Positions 1 through 9,372 of a DNA stretch of 49,976 nucleotides are shown here, one piece after another. The position numbers and the translations under genes are program-made. Below the pieces are notes generated by a model. That model was not told the origin of the DNA. It saw only the letters and a list, made by a program, of their open reading frames with translations, and did no database searches. Positions within the stretch are counted from its first letter, which is position 1; each line of letters starts with the position of its first letter. The DNA lies in the IMG/VR virus record IMGVR_UViG_3300032212_000016, positions 1-49,976 of that record, one strand, 5' to 3'. Source of the DNA: a virus (taxonomy: Duplodnaviria; Caudoviricetes).

Positions 1-253
1 ATAGATGTCATAAAGAAGGTGAAAATGTTAGAATGAATATAGCAGGAATCTTAGCTTCTCTTAAGAAGGAATACCCAGATTCAGTATCAGAAGTTATTAT
101 AGAAGAGGCAATTAGTGGAGTATTAGAGGGGGTATGTTTAAATGCGTTTAGTATTTGATATGGAAAGTAATAATCTCCTAGATAATGTAGAACATTGTTG
201 GTGTATAGTGGCTAAGGACATAGATACTGATAAGATGTATTACTTTAAACCAG
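1..253. repeat. Terminal overlap of circular assembly (copy 1)
   Basis: Identical to 49724-49976 except G126 versus T49849. Confidence 0.95.
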
Positions 254-606
254 AAGATATACAACATGGTCTTCTATTCTTACAGAGTTCAGACACACTA
301 ATAGGACATAATATAATTAAATTTGACCTACCTGTGTTCAAAAAGTTGCATAATTTTGAGTACACTGGGGAACTTATTGACACTCTTGTTGTCTCAAGAT
401 TATTAAATCCTGATAGGCCTAAACCAGAAGGATATATAGGAAAAGCCCCTCATTCTGTAGAGGCATGGGGTGTACGATTCGGACATAAGAAACCAGAACA
501 TGAGGATTGGTCTAAGTTTACAGAGGAGATGTTATATAGATGTGAACAGGATGTACTTATTACAGAGAAGATCTTCTATGCATTAGAAGAGGAGAAGAAT
601 AAATGA
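142..606 (+). CDS. 3'-5' proofreading exonuclease domain of family A DNA polymerase, encoded as a separate ORF
   Basis: ExoI VFDME, ExoII GHNIIKFD, DTLVVSRL and ExoIII YRCEQDV motifs, as in the T7 gp5 N-terminus. Confidence 0.9.
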   Translation: MRLVFDMESNNLLDNVEHCWCIVAKDIDTDKMYYFKPEDIQHGLLFLQSSDTLIGHNIIKFDLPVFKKLHNFEYTGELIDTLVVSRLLNPDRPKPEGYIGKAPHSVEAWGVRFGHKKPEHEDWSKFTEEMLYRCEQDVLITEKIFYALEEEKNK

Positions 607-661
607 TATATTACGCAGTATATGTAGTTATTTTACCACTAGAACCAGTCGTGGAGATTAT

Positions 662-829
662 ATGGGTATGAAAAGTAAACAAGAAAAAGCCTTAGAATTA
701 CGTGATTTAGTAACAAAATATAATGAAATTAGGGATGAATTAGAGGAGGATGGTTGTAAAGTTACTATAAAAAGTGGAAATTCTGGTAAGTTATTTAATT
801 TAAAAGTATCTAAGACAGTGATATTATAA
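662..829 (+). CDS. Small hypothetical protein (55 aa) between the two polymerase halves
   Basis: Read manually: GGAG RBS, ATG at 662, MGMKSKQEKALELRDLV...SKTVIL, TAA at 827-829. Confidence 0.6.
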   Translation: MGMKSKQEKALELRDLVTKYNEIRDELEEDGCKVTIKSGNSGKLFNLKVSKTVIL

Positions 830-838
830 TGGATAATT

Positions 839-2203
839 ATGAGGATTGACTGGACCGAATCAACGTATATAGAGATGAGGGTAGCTGAGATTATCAGCCA
901 ACAAGAACAGAACGGATGGTTATTTGATATTGAAAGGGCAAAAGAACATGTAGCTACACTCGATAATATAACTGAGGAATTATATGACAAGATTACACAA
1001 GGATTCGGACCTGTTAGAGACACCAAGAAAAGAACCTGTGCAAGACCTTTCTCAGTTGAGGGAGGATACTCTAAAAAGGTTGATAAACTTCTCCAAGGTG
1101 ATGAACTCCCTATCGGAGGCCCTTTCACGTACATCAAAGGTAGATTAAGTGAGAAGAGTTGGGTAGTAGAGAATTTACTAGATAGGGGGTGGAAACCTAC
1201 CCAATTCACTGAGAAGACTGGACAACCTATGTTAACTGATGATGGAGACCCAGTACCTACATTACTAGCTATGGAGGATTCAATAGGTACTGATTTATCT
1301 AATTGGATGACATATGAGAAGAGAAGGGCTTCAATTCTTAATAGAAATAACCCTACAAAAGGATGGTTAAACAATGTCAGAGATGATGGGAGAATACCTG
1401 CCTTGGCTAATAGTTGTGGTACTAATACTGGGCGTATGCGGCACAGTCTCGTTGTTAATGTCCCTAAAAGCGATCCCAAGGTCCTGTTCGGGAAAGAAAT
1501 GCGGGAATTGTTTACAGTGCCGGAGGGAAAGGTACTTATTGGACACGATGCATCAGGATTAGAGGCAAGGGTCACAGGACACTACCTAAATGATGAGGGT
1601 TTAGTTTATGAGTTGATACATGGTGATTTCCATACTAAGGTATGGGAGCCTATTAAAGACTTCGTAGATAGCCGTAGTAATGCCAAGAATATAGAGTATG
1701 CCCTAATATATGGTGCTAGTGATAAGAAGCTTGGTACAATGTCTCAGATGAGACCTAAGGGGTGGAGTGACACTAAAGTAGGTAAGGCTATACGTGAGTT
1801 GATTATGAGAGGCCTACCAGCCCTAGGAGATTTGACAGATAGGGTTAAGAAAGCATCTGAGAGGGGATATCTGATAGGATTAGATGGTAGAAAGTTGTAT
1901 ACTCGTTCTTCTCATAGTGCCTTAAATGTCCTATTTCAGGGTGCAGGTTCTATAATTATGAAGAAATCAATGGTTTTATTAGATGATTGGATTAAGGAGG
2001 AAGGTTGGGGATTAAATGAGTATATGAAACTAATAGATCAACATGATGAGTCCCAAGCAGAGATATTAGATGATGAATATATTAAGACTAAATACTCTGA
2101 ATTAGCTGTACGTTCTATTAGAGAGGCTGGAGAACATTTTAATCTTAGATGTCCTTTAGATGCCGAAGCAAAAATAGGCAGGAATTGGTCTCAAACTCAT
2201 TGA
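839..2203 (+). CDS. DNA polymerase family A, polymerase domain (T7 gp5-like)
   Basis: TGRM, motif A DASGLEAR, motif B AKNIEYALIYG, motif C HDE. Confidence 0.95.
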   Translation: MRIDWTESTYIEMRVAEIISQQEQNGWLFDIERAKEHVATLDNITEELYDKITQGFGPVRDTKKRTCARPFSVEGGYSKKVDKLLQGDELPIGGPFTYIKGRLSEKSWVVENLLDRGWKPTQFTEKTGQPMLTDDGDPVPTLLAMEDSIGTDLSNWMTYEKRRASILNRNNPTKGWLNNVRDDGRIPALANSCGTNTGRMRHSLVVNVPKSDPKVLFGKEMRELFTVPEGKVLIGHDASGLEARVTGHYLNDEGLVYELIHGDFHTKVWEPIKDFVDSRSNAKNIEYALIYGASDKKLGTMSQMRPKGWSDTKVGKAIRELIMRGLPALGDLTDRVKKASERGYLIGLDGRKLYTRSSHSALNVLFQGAGSIIMKKSMVLLDDWIKEEGWGLNEYMKLIDQHDESQAEILDDEYIKTKYSELAVRSIREAGEHFNLRCPLDAEAKIGRNWSQTH

Positions 2204-2228
2204 ACTTTTTTAAGAAAGGATTGTCTAA
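2202..2228 (+). promoter_or_regulatory. sigmaE (RpoE/AlgU)-type promoter
   Basis: GAACTT-N16-TCTAA immediately after the polymerase gene. Confidence 0.7.
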
Positions 2229-2233
2229 CCACT

Positions 2234-2650
2234 ATGGAGATTAAATTAAAACAAATAGAAACCGGATGTATAATTCCTACATCTCACAAATTAAATCACG
2301 ATGGTTACTTTCGTAAATACGATGGTAAAAGATTAGTAATGTATCACAGAACTGTTTGGGAGGCAGAGAATGGAGAAATTCCTGATGGATATTAAATAGA
2401 TCATATATGTAAAAATAGAGCGTGTTGTAATATAGAACATTTACAGATGTTAACACGACAAGAACATTTAGCAAAAGATAATCATGAAAGATATAAGCCT
2501 AGAAAACAGAAGGCTTTTTATTATTGGTTCAACAATCCTACTATATCTGGATCACAATTAGGTAGAGATTTCGGAGTAGCCGAAAGTACAGGTTGTGAAT
2601 GGATAAGAGGTTGGAGAAAAGATGGACATCGTCCAGAAATATTTAAATAG
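2234..2650 (+). pseudogene. HNH homing endonuclease with C-terminal HTH, interrupted by an in-frame TAA (2393-2395)
   Basis: MEIKLK...YHRTVWEAENGEIPDGY*IDHICKNRACCNIEHLQML reads in frame into ORF 2447-2650. Confidence 0.8.
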
Positions 2651-2665
2651 AGAGGTAATAAACAG

Positions 2666-3115
2666 ATGGTAATACAAGGTAAAGCAATGTGGTGTTCAGT
2701 ACAAGCACCTAACGATAAATTTCCACCACCAGTATATTGTACTGATTTAATCATTGACGAAGCTAATGCAGAGACATTACGTGCATTAGGTGTTAAGGTT
2801 AAAGATACAGATGGTGTACTTAGTGTTAAAGCAAAGAGAAAACAATTCCGTAAGGATGGTACATTAAATACTAAACCTAATTGTGTAGATGCAAATAAGA
2901 AACCTTTTGAGGACTTAATTGGTAATGGTAGTCTTGTAAATCTACAAGTAAATGTATTTGATTGGGAATTTGCAGGTAACACTGGTAAATCATTAGATTT
3001 CGTAGGTATTCAGGTTCTGGAACTTGTACCTTTTGCAGGTAATGAGGATGAGTTTGAAGCAGCATCTACTGATACTCCTGATGTAGCTGATGATGAGTTC
3101 GATGAAGAATTCTAA
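2666..3115 (+). CDS. Single-stranded DNA-binding protein (T7 gp2.5-like)
   Basis: IGNGS motif and acidic C-terminal tail ending in F; lies in the replication module. Confidence 0.85.
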   Translation: MVIQGKAMWCSVQAPNDKFPPPVYCTDLIIDEANAETLRALGVKVKDTDGVLSVKAKRKQFRKDGTLNTKPNCVDANKKPFEDLIGNGSLVNLQVNVFDWEFAGNTGKSLDFVGIQVLELVPFAGNEDEFEAASTDTPDVADDEFDEEF

Positions 3116-3380
3116 TCATACGTTAAGTATTGAGGAGATACCTCCTCATGACAATAGGATAGACCCTCTAACTCTCTCTACTGTACGTAGGCAGGTTGGG
3201 GGTTCACATTATCAATTAGCTATTGAACCTATAGATTATATTGTAAAGAATAATCTAGGTTATAGGGAGGGGAATGTAATTAAATATGTCTCCAGACATA
3301 AGAATAAGAATGGAGCTGAGGATATTAAGAAGGCTATCCATTACCTAGAAATGATATTAGAGGAGTATGAAAATGTTTAG
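3090..3380 (+). CDS. DUF3310 / T7 gp1.7-like nucleotide kinase domain protein
   Basis: QVGGSHY...GNVIKYVSRHKNKNGAEDIKKAIHYL signature. Confidence 0.85.
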   Translation: MMSSMKNSNHTLSIEEIPPHDNRIDPLTLSTVRRQVGGSHYQLAIEPIDYIVKNNLGYREGNVIKYVSRHKNKNGAEDIKKAIHYLEMILEEYENV

Positions 3381-3579
3381 AAAAGATTTAAATAGCATCT
3401 TATCTGGAGTTAATAAGATTAAAAATGATTTAATAGTATTTGTAGAAGAATCTTATGATACCCTTAATAAAAATAAGGAAAAAATGACTTCCTTACAAGG
3501 AACTCAAGAGGAACTTAAAAAAGGTATAGATAAGGCTAATAAAATACAAGTAAATATTAATGAATTTTTAGGAGAGTAA
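3367..3579 (+). CDS. Hypothetical coiled-coil protein
   Basis: ORF with GGAG RBS, overlapping its upstream neighbour. Confidence 0.6.
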   Translation: MKMFRKDLNSILSGVNKIKNDLIVFVEESYDTLNKNKEKMTSLQGTQEELKKGIDKANKIQVNINEFLGE

Positions 3580-3582
3580 TGT

Positions 3583-3846
3583 ATGGAAGTAGTACATGAT
3601 ACAGAGAATTATCAGGTAGAGCTACATACTGATGATGGAGATGGTTTATGTTATTGGATTGTTAATAAAGAACACGGTGTAGTAGAATCTAAGGAGAGTC
3701 TTAAACCCCAAGCATTAGTTTATTGTGAACAATTCAATATCTTATTACAAGAAGGTACACACCTAACCATAGCAGAAAATATGGTTAGAGGAATGTCAGA
3801 AATGGCGTTAGAGGGTTATGCTTTTGATGCATTCCCAGAACAATAA
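3583..3846 (+). CDS. Hypothetical protein (paralog of the next ORF)
   Basis: RBS present; shares Y.V.N..HGV.E pattern with 3861-4118. Confidence 0.7.
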   Translation: MEVVHDTENYQVELHTDDGDGLCYWIVNKEHGVVESKESLKPQALVYCEQFNILLQEGTHLTIAENMVRGMSEMALEGYAFDAFPEQ

Positions 3847-3860
3847 AGAGAGGATTATAA

Positions 3861-4118
3861 ATGAGTAATAAAGAAGAGAAAGAAGTTATTTACACTAATG
3901 ATTCATACCGAGTAGAGAAGATTGGTATTAAAGTAGATAGTGATATTCATTATACTTATGCTGTATATAATAATGCACATGGCGTAATGGAAGTAGAAAC
4001 ATCTATTCTAGCAAAAGCACTTAATACTGCTGATGAATTAGAAACTGCTGTTAATACCTTCTTCCAGAGTAAAGCTTTTGAAAACATTATCCCTGATTCG
4101 GTAATTGAAACAAGCTAA
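3861..4118 (+). CDS. Hypothetical protein (paralog of the previous ORF)
   Basis: GAGGA RBS; similar to 3583-3846. Confidence 0.7.
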   Translation: MSNKEEKEVIYTNDSYRVEKIGIKVDSDIHYTYAVYNNAHGVMEVETSILAKALNTADELETAVNTFFQSKAFENIIPDSVIETS

Positions 4119-4170
4119 TGTTATATCCTAGAACATCCAGACGTAAGGAAGGACATAGGAGGAAGCAGTC

Positions 4171-5067
4171 ATCAAAGCTTTAATAGATGGAGATATTATT
4201 GTTTACTCTTGTGGATTTAGTGCTGAGAAATCCATTTGGAGAGTAGTAGTTAATGGGGAGGAAACCCCCCAAGCTACTTTTCGTTATAAGAAGGAATTGA
4301 TTGAATGGTGTGAAGGTATAGGTTTGGGGGAAGATGATTATGAGGCAGTTAAAGATGTAGAGATAGGACCTATATCACATGCATTGAGCAATGCTAGAGA
4401 GTTAATACATAAGATTCTTTTAAGAACTGGTGCTGATGAATACCAAATATATCTTACTGGGAAAGGTAACTATAGGGAAGAAATTGCTACTATAAAACCT
4501 TACAAGGGTAATAGGGATTCTACCCATAAACCCTACCATTATAATTACCTAATACGTTATCTTACTGAGAATTGGGGTGCTATAACTGTTGAAGGTATAG
4601 AGGCAGATGATATAATATCAATCAATCAATATGAGGAATATATCAAGTTTGATCCTGACAGAAGATATAGAGATCAACCTAAATTTAATAATAATACCTG
4701 TATTGCGTCGATAGATAAAGACTTAAATATGATTCCCGGTTGGCATTATAACTGGAATAAAGATGAGAAGTATTTCATAGATGAGGATACAGCTATAACT
4801 TGGTTTTATTGTCAATTAATTATGGGAGATTCCACTGATAATATAGTGGGGGTTCCCGGACAAGGTAAAACTAAAGCCAAACAAGTCTTGATGAACTGTG
4901 AAAATGAAGAGGATATGTATTGGGAAGTACTTAATTTATATCAAGCCTATTATAGTACTTTAGGCATTAAACCTATGGATGCTCTAATAGAAAACGCTCG
5001 TTTGTTATATATGTTACGTGAACCATTGAAAGATGATTGGAGTAATCTATGGAAACCACCCTGTTAG
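4171..5067 (+). CDS. 5'-3' exonuclease (T7 gp6/FEN-like), probable ATC start
   Basis: N-terminal ALIDGDIIVY lies upstream of the track start; YKGNR, EADD, SIDKDL and GDSTDNIVGVPGQG motifs; AGGAGG 8 nt before ATC. Confidence 0.85.
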   Translation: MKALIDGDIIVYSCGFSAEKSIWRVVVNGEETPQATFRYKKELIEWCEGIGLGEDDYEAVKDVEIGPISHALSNARELIHKILLRTGADEYQIYLTGKGNYREEIATIKPYKGNRDSTHKPYHYNYLIRYLTENWGAITVEGIEADDIISINQYEEYIKFDPDRRYRDQPKFNNNTCIASIDKDLNMIPGWHYNWNKDEKYFIDEDTAITWFYCQLIMGDSTDNIVGVPGQGKTKAKQVLMNCENEEDMYWEVLNLYQAYYSTLGIKPMDALIENARLLYMLREPLKDDWSNLWKPPC

Positions 5068-5510
5068 ATATATTAGATAATTATATTGAAGATAAGAATG
5101 GATGTCATATATGGCAAGGAAGCTTTTTTAAAAGCGGGTATCCTTCTATCTATTATAACGGTAAAAATTTTAGGGGAAATAGGTTAGTATATGATACGTA
5201 TGTTGGGCCAATACCTGTAGAATATTGTGTTTTACATGATTGTGACAATCCTGCATGTATTAATCCTAACCATCTAACTTTGGGAACACATCAAGATAAT
5301 ATGTCTGACAAAGTATCTAAGGGAAGACAGTATAAATCTACTAGAGATAATCACCCTAATACTAAGTTGACTGATAATGATTGTTCTTTTATTTATAGAA
5401 AGTTCCAAGGTGATTATGGAGAAATAAAAGCATTATCTAAGTTGTGGGGAGTTAATAGAAATACTATTACTCAAGCACTTAAAAGAGGTAAACAACTTGC
5501 CAAAACGTAA
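5049..5510 (+). CDS. HNH homing endonuclease
   Basis: CHIWQG...VLHDCDNPACINPNHLTLGTHQDNMSD...KGR, followed by an HTH. Confidence 0.92.
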   Translation: METTLLDILDNYIEDKNGCHIWQGSFFKSGYPSIYYNGKNFRGNRLVYDTYVGPIPVEYCVLHDCDNPACINPNHLTLGTHQDNMSDKVSKGRQYKSTRDNHPNTKLTDNDCSFIYRKFQGDYGEIKALSKLWGVNRNTITQALKRGKQLAKT

Positions 5511-5856
5511 ATTGGAACCCTCCCGTATAAATATTAAACCTCTATCAGTAAATAGGTGTTGGCAAGGTCGTAGATTTAAAACATCAGAGTATAAGAGTTA
5601 TGAGACTGATATAGTAGGCTTATTACCCTCTGAGATAGATATACCTGAGGGTCTATTACAAATAAATATAGTATGGGGTTTCTCTACTACATTATCTGAT
5701 ATAGATAATCCAATAAAACCATTCCAAGATATACTACAGATGTATTATAAGTTCAACGATAGAGATGTGTATAAATTGGTCATTGAAAAGAAAATAGTAA
5801 AAAAAGGAGAGGAATATATTGAATTCCTAATCGAAGATTATGATACAACTCACTAA
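5497..5856 (+). CDS. RusA-like Holliday junction resolvase
   Basis: KPLSVN, SDIDNPIKPFQD and FNDRDV motifs. Confidence 0.85.
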   Translation: MPKRKLEPSRINIKPLSVNRCWQGRRFKTSEYKSYETDIVGLLPSEIDIPEGLLQINIVWGFSTTLSDIDNPIKPFQDILQMYYKFNDRDVYKLVIEKKIVKKGEEYIEFLIEDYDTTH

Positions 5857-6061
5857 GACAGAAGCATTATTTATAGAGGAGGTATTACAAGAGATGCTAT
5901 CTACAATAGATAATGAGGAGATTCCAGAAAGTAAACAAGACCTTGAGGAGGCATTAAATATTATTCGTTCTTGTAATGAATATAGTGAAGAGGAAATGAT
6001 TACATTAGAGGAGGGATATACTAAGGACGTAATCCTAGAGGAGGGTATGTTTGATGAGTGA
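5840..6061 (+). CDS. Hypothetical acidic protein
   Basis: Overlapping ORF in the operon. Confidence 0.6.
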   Translation: MIQLTKTEALFIEEVLQEMLSTIDNEEIPESKQDLEEALNIIRSCNEYSEEEMITLEEGYTKDVILEEGMFDE

Positions 6062-6356
6062 AAAAATATATCTATCAGATAGGAAATGGTTAAATCCTAA
6101 GAACAGTTATGATTCAGGGGCAATACAATATAGTGTAAGCTCTGATTTTGGGTATGTAGAGGCTACTTTAGATATTTGGGATTGTTCTAAAAAGATAGGA
6201 TTGACTTTTTCTTTTGAAAATGAAGATAGTGCTAAACTCAGATTAGAAAAGATTAATATCTTACTATCATCATTAGAAGATATGAAAAAGGCAATGGGTG
6301 AAGCATATCCCGATATATTTGATAAGGATGTTTCAGAGGTAACAGAATATGAATAA
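6051..6356 (+). CDS. Hypothetical protein
   Basis: Overlapping ORF in the operon. Confidence 0.65.
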   Translation: MMSEKIYLSDRKWLNPKNSYDSGAIQYSVSSDFGYVEATLDIWDCSKKIGLTFSFENEDSAKLRLEKINILLSSLEDMKKAMGEAYPDIFDKDVSEVTEYE

Positions 6357-7050
6357 TTGTTTAATAATTTCTGATACTCATTTTCCATACCAACATCCAG
6401 ATACTTTTGATTTTTTAGATGCATTATCATATGCCTATGATATCAAAGAGGTAAAACATACAGGGGATATGGTAGATAATCATAATAGTTCATATCATGA
6501 GATTGAATATGGGACACTTTCTGCCAAAGAAGAACATGAAAAGGCAAAAGAGTGTGTTCAACAACTATATAAAATGTTTCCAGATATGAATGTTATAATT
6601 GGAAACCATGGTAGTATGACTTATCGTAAAGCTAAAACAGCAGGTATTCCTGAAGATCATCTTAAATCATATAATGATATGTATGGTGTTGACTGGAATT
6701 GGATGGATAAGGATTATTTTAAAGTAGATAAATATGGATCTTGTTTATTAGTACATACTATGGGAGCTAATACTCTCAGTAATGCTAGGAATCATTCACA
6801 CCATTCAATACAAGGACATCATCATGGTAGATTTGGTATTGAATACTTTGGAGATACAGAAGTATTACGCTGGTCAATGACTGTTGGTTGTTTAATAGAC
6901 CCACACCATCCTGCATTTAATTATGGTGCTAAAGCTACACTAAATAGACCCATTATAGGTTGTGGTGGTATTATTTCGGATGAACCCCAATTGTTTAAAA
7001 TGCAACTGAATTCAAGAGGTCGTTGGAATGGGAGAGTTCCGGGATGCTAA
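6349..7050 (+). CDS. Calcineurin-like metallophosphoesterase
   Basis: SDTH, GDMVD, GNH and GHHH metal-binding motifs. Confidence 0.9.
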   Translation: MNNCLIISDTHFPYQHPDTFDFLDALSYAYDIKEVKHTGDMVDNHNSSYHEIEYGTLSAKEEHEKAKECVQQLYKMFPDMNVIIGNHGSMTYRKAKTAGIPEDHLKSYNDMYGVDWNWMDKDYFKVDKYGSCLLVHTMGANTLSNARNHSHHSIQGHHHGRFGIEYFGDTEVLRWSMTVGCLIDPHHPAFNYGAKATLNRPIIGCGGIISDEPQLFKMQLNSRGRWNGRVPGC

Positions 7051-7153
7051 ATAAACGAGTTAAATTTCAAGGAGCAAAAGATTCTTATAATTTCCCTTGT
7101 TGCGTTGTAGTATATGGACAAAGTAATCACATGATAGAGACTGATTATATCCT

Positions 7154-7372
7154 ATGGGGGTGGTAATGACAGCAGAAATAATTGATTTTGAGTCTAAGAA
7201 ATATACTAAATTAGCAATAGAATTTGTTAGGTTAAGGGATATTAATGCTAGTGATGCAGCAGCATTCGCTAGAGCTAATGTTAGACCAAAAGAGTATAAA
7301 ATATTGAATAAGTATATTCAAGCAGAGATATCAAGACAGAGAGGCAGCGAGCCTTATACGGGAGATAAATAA
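7154..7372 (+). CDS. Hypothetical protein
   Basis: ORF coupled to the RNR start (TAATG). Confidence 0.55.
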   Translation: MGVVMTAEIIDFESKKYTKLAIEFVRLRDINASDAAAFARANVRPKEYKILNKYIQAEISRQRGSEPYTGDK

Positions 7373-9372
7373 TGGGATTTGAAAATACATCAAACCCTAT
7401 GTATAGTCAATACATACATACAAGTAGATATGCTAGATGGTTGCCAATAGAAGGGAGGAGGGAATCTTGGGAAGAGACTGTAGATAGGTATGGACAGTTC
7501 TTTTTTAATAGATTACCAGAGAGTGTTAATGATATTGAGATTAATACTCAATTTGGTGAAGCAATTCAATCCATTAAAGATTTAGAAGTAATGCCCAGTA
7601 TGAGAACATTAATGACAGCAGGTGTAGCATTAGAGAGGGATAATGTAGCAGGTTATAATTGTGCATATCTAGCAGTAGATAATTTAAAGGCATTTGATGA
7701 GGCTATGTATGTACTTATGTGTGGTACAGGTGTAGGTTTCTCAGTAGAACGTCAATTCATAAATCAACTACCAGAACTAGCAGAGGAATTCCATGAAACG
7801 GATACGACCATCACTGTTGCTGATTCAAAGATTGGATGGGCAAAAGCATACAGAGAGATGTTATCAATGTTGGTCAATGGACAAATACCAAAGTGGGATG
7901 TCTCAAGAGTCCGAGAAGCCGGAGAACCTCTTAAGACGTTTGGAGGAAGAGCATCTGGACCAGAACCATTAGTAGATTTATTTAACTTTAGTATAGAGGT
8001 ATTTAAAAATGCAAGGGGGAGAAAACTCACTTCAATGGAATGTCATGACCTCATGTGTAAAGTTGCTGATATTGTTGTGGTTGGGGGTGTTCGCCGTTCT
8101 GCCCTTATATCTCTTAGTAATCTTACTGATGAGCGTATGCGGGTAGCCAAAAGTGGTGCTTGGTGGGAAGATAATCCACAAAGAGCATTATCTAATAATA
8201 GTATCTGTTACACAGAAAAACCAGATGTAGGTATCTTCTTAAAAGAATGGACGGCATTATATGAAAGTAAAAGTGGAGAACGTGGTATCTTTAACCGAGA
8301 AGCGGCTAGAAAAGCAGCAGAAAAAAGTGGAAGAAGAGAGACCGATAATCACGAATTTGGAACTAACCCATGCTCTGAGATCATTCTTCGATCAAAACAG
8401 TTCTGTAATTTGTCAGAAGTTGTTGTCAGAACCAGTGACACTTTCAACGACCTTAAACGAAAAGTACGTATTGCGACTATCCTTGGAACTCTACAAAGCA
8501 CCTTAACAAACTTCAGATATTTAAGTAGTGTTTGGAAAAGGAATACAGAAGAAGAAAGGTTACTCGGTGTATCTTTAACTGGTATTATGGATCATCCAAT
8601 ATTAAGTGGTCAAGTTAAAAGATGCACAGAAGAGATGATGGACTTTGGCGGAGAATCTGTTTGGAAGGAAGACGGACAAGGTTTATATTGTGATCTTACA
8701 TTAGAAGAAATATTAATTAATCTTAAGGAGGTAGCAATTGAAACTAATAAAGAATGGTCTGCTAAGTTGGGAGTCCCTGAGTCCACAGCAATCACTTGTG
8801 TTAAGCCTAGTGGCACTGTGTCTCAGCTTGTTGATTCATCCAGTGGTATTCATCCTAGGTATAGTAATTATTATGTCCGTACTGTCCGACAAGATAAGAA
8901 AGACCCTCTTGCAGAGTTACTTATCAGTCAAGGAGTCCCTTATGAAGATGATGTGACTAAGCCAGAGAGCACTTATGTATTCTCATTTCCTATGAAGCCT
9001 CCTAAAGATTCTGTAATGAGGAATGATAGGACTGCTATTGAACAACTAGAGTTGTGGAAGGTATATCAGGAGGAATGGTCGGAGCACAAACCTTCTATAA
9101 CCGTATATGTAAAAGAAGAGGAATGGATGGAAGTAGGTTCATGGGTATACAATAACTTTGATAGCATAAGCGGTGTTAGTTTTTTACCACATACAGAGCA
9201 TAGCTATAAACAAGCACCCTATCAAGAAATAAGTAAAGAGGAATATGAAGCTATGGTTGAGAAAATGCCAAAGGAGATTGACTTTACCAAGCTTGTAGAT
9301 ATTGAGGAAGAGGATACTACTACCAGTACTAAAGAATATGCATGCACATCGGGAGGTTGCGAAATTTTATAA
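7372..9372 (+). CDS. nrdJ: Class II (adenosylcobalamin-dependent) ribonucleotide reductase
   Basis: YNCAY, GGVRRSA, GTNPCSEI, TCVKPSGTVS and C-terminal C..G.CEI; no beta subunit gene seen. Confidence 0.92.
   Translation: MGFENTSNPMYSQYIHTSRYARWLPIEGRRESWEETVDRYGQFFFNRLPESVNDIEINTQFGEAIQSIKDLEVMPSMRTLMTAGVALERDNVAGYNCAYLAVDNLKAFDEAMYVLMCGTGVGFSVERQFINQLPELAEEFHETDTTITVADSKIGWAKAYREMLSMLVNGQIPKWDVSRVREAGEPLKTFGGRASGPEPLVDLFNFSIEVFKNARGRKLTSMECHDLMCKVADIVVVGGVRRSALISLSNLTDERMRVAKSGAWWEDNPQRALSNNSICYTEKPDVGIFLKEWTALYESKSGERGIFNREAARKAAEKSGRRETDNHEFGTNPCSEIILRSKQFCNLSEVVVRTSDTFNDLKRKVRIATILGTLQSTLTNFRYLSSVWKRNTEEERLLGVSLTGIMDHPILSGQVKRCTEEMMDFGGESVWKEDGQGLYCDLTLEEILINLKEVAIETNKEWSAKLGVPESTAITCVKPSGTVSQLVDSSSGIHPRYSNYYVRTVRQDKKDPLAELLISQGVPYEDDVTKPESTYVFSFPMKPPKDSVMRNDRTAIEQLELWKVYQEEWSEHKPSITVYVKEEEWMEVGSWVYNNFDSISGVSFLPHTEHSYKQAPYQEISKEEYEAMVEKMPKEIDFTKLVDIEEEDTTTSTKEYACTSGGCEIL

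Noticed and set aside
607-838. Intron or intein between the polymerase halves
   Set aside because: No P/Q/R/S motifs or intein signatures; both halves have their own start and stop.
658-1575. 305-aa minus-strand ORF
   Set aside because: Antisense shadow of the polymerase gene with no motifs. Most other opposite-strand or nested track ORFs were dropped for the same reason.
2393-2395. Genome-wide TAA stop reassignment
   Set aside because: TAA terminates many genes, only two in-frame cases were seen, and the tRNA anticodon is TCT rather than a suppressor.
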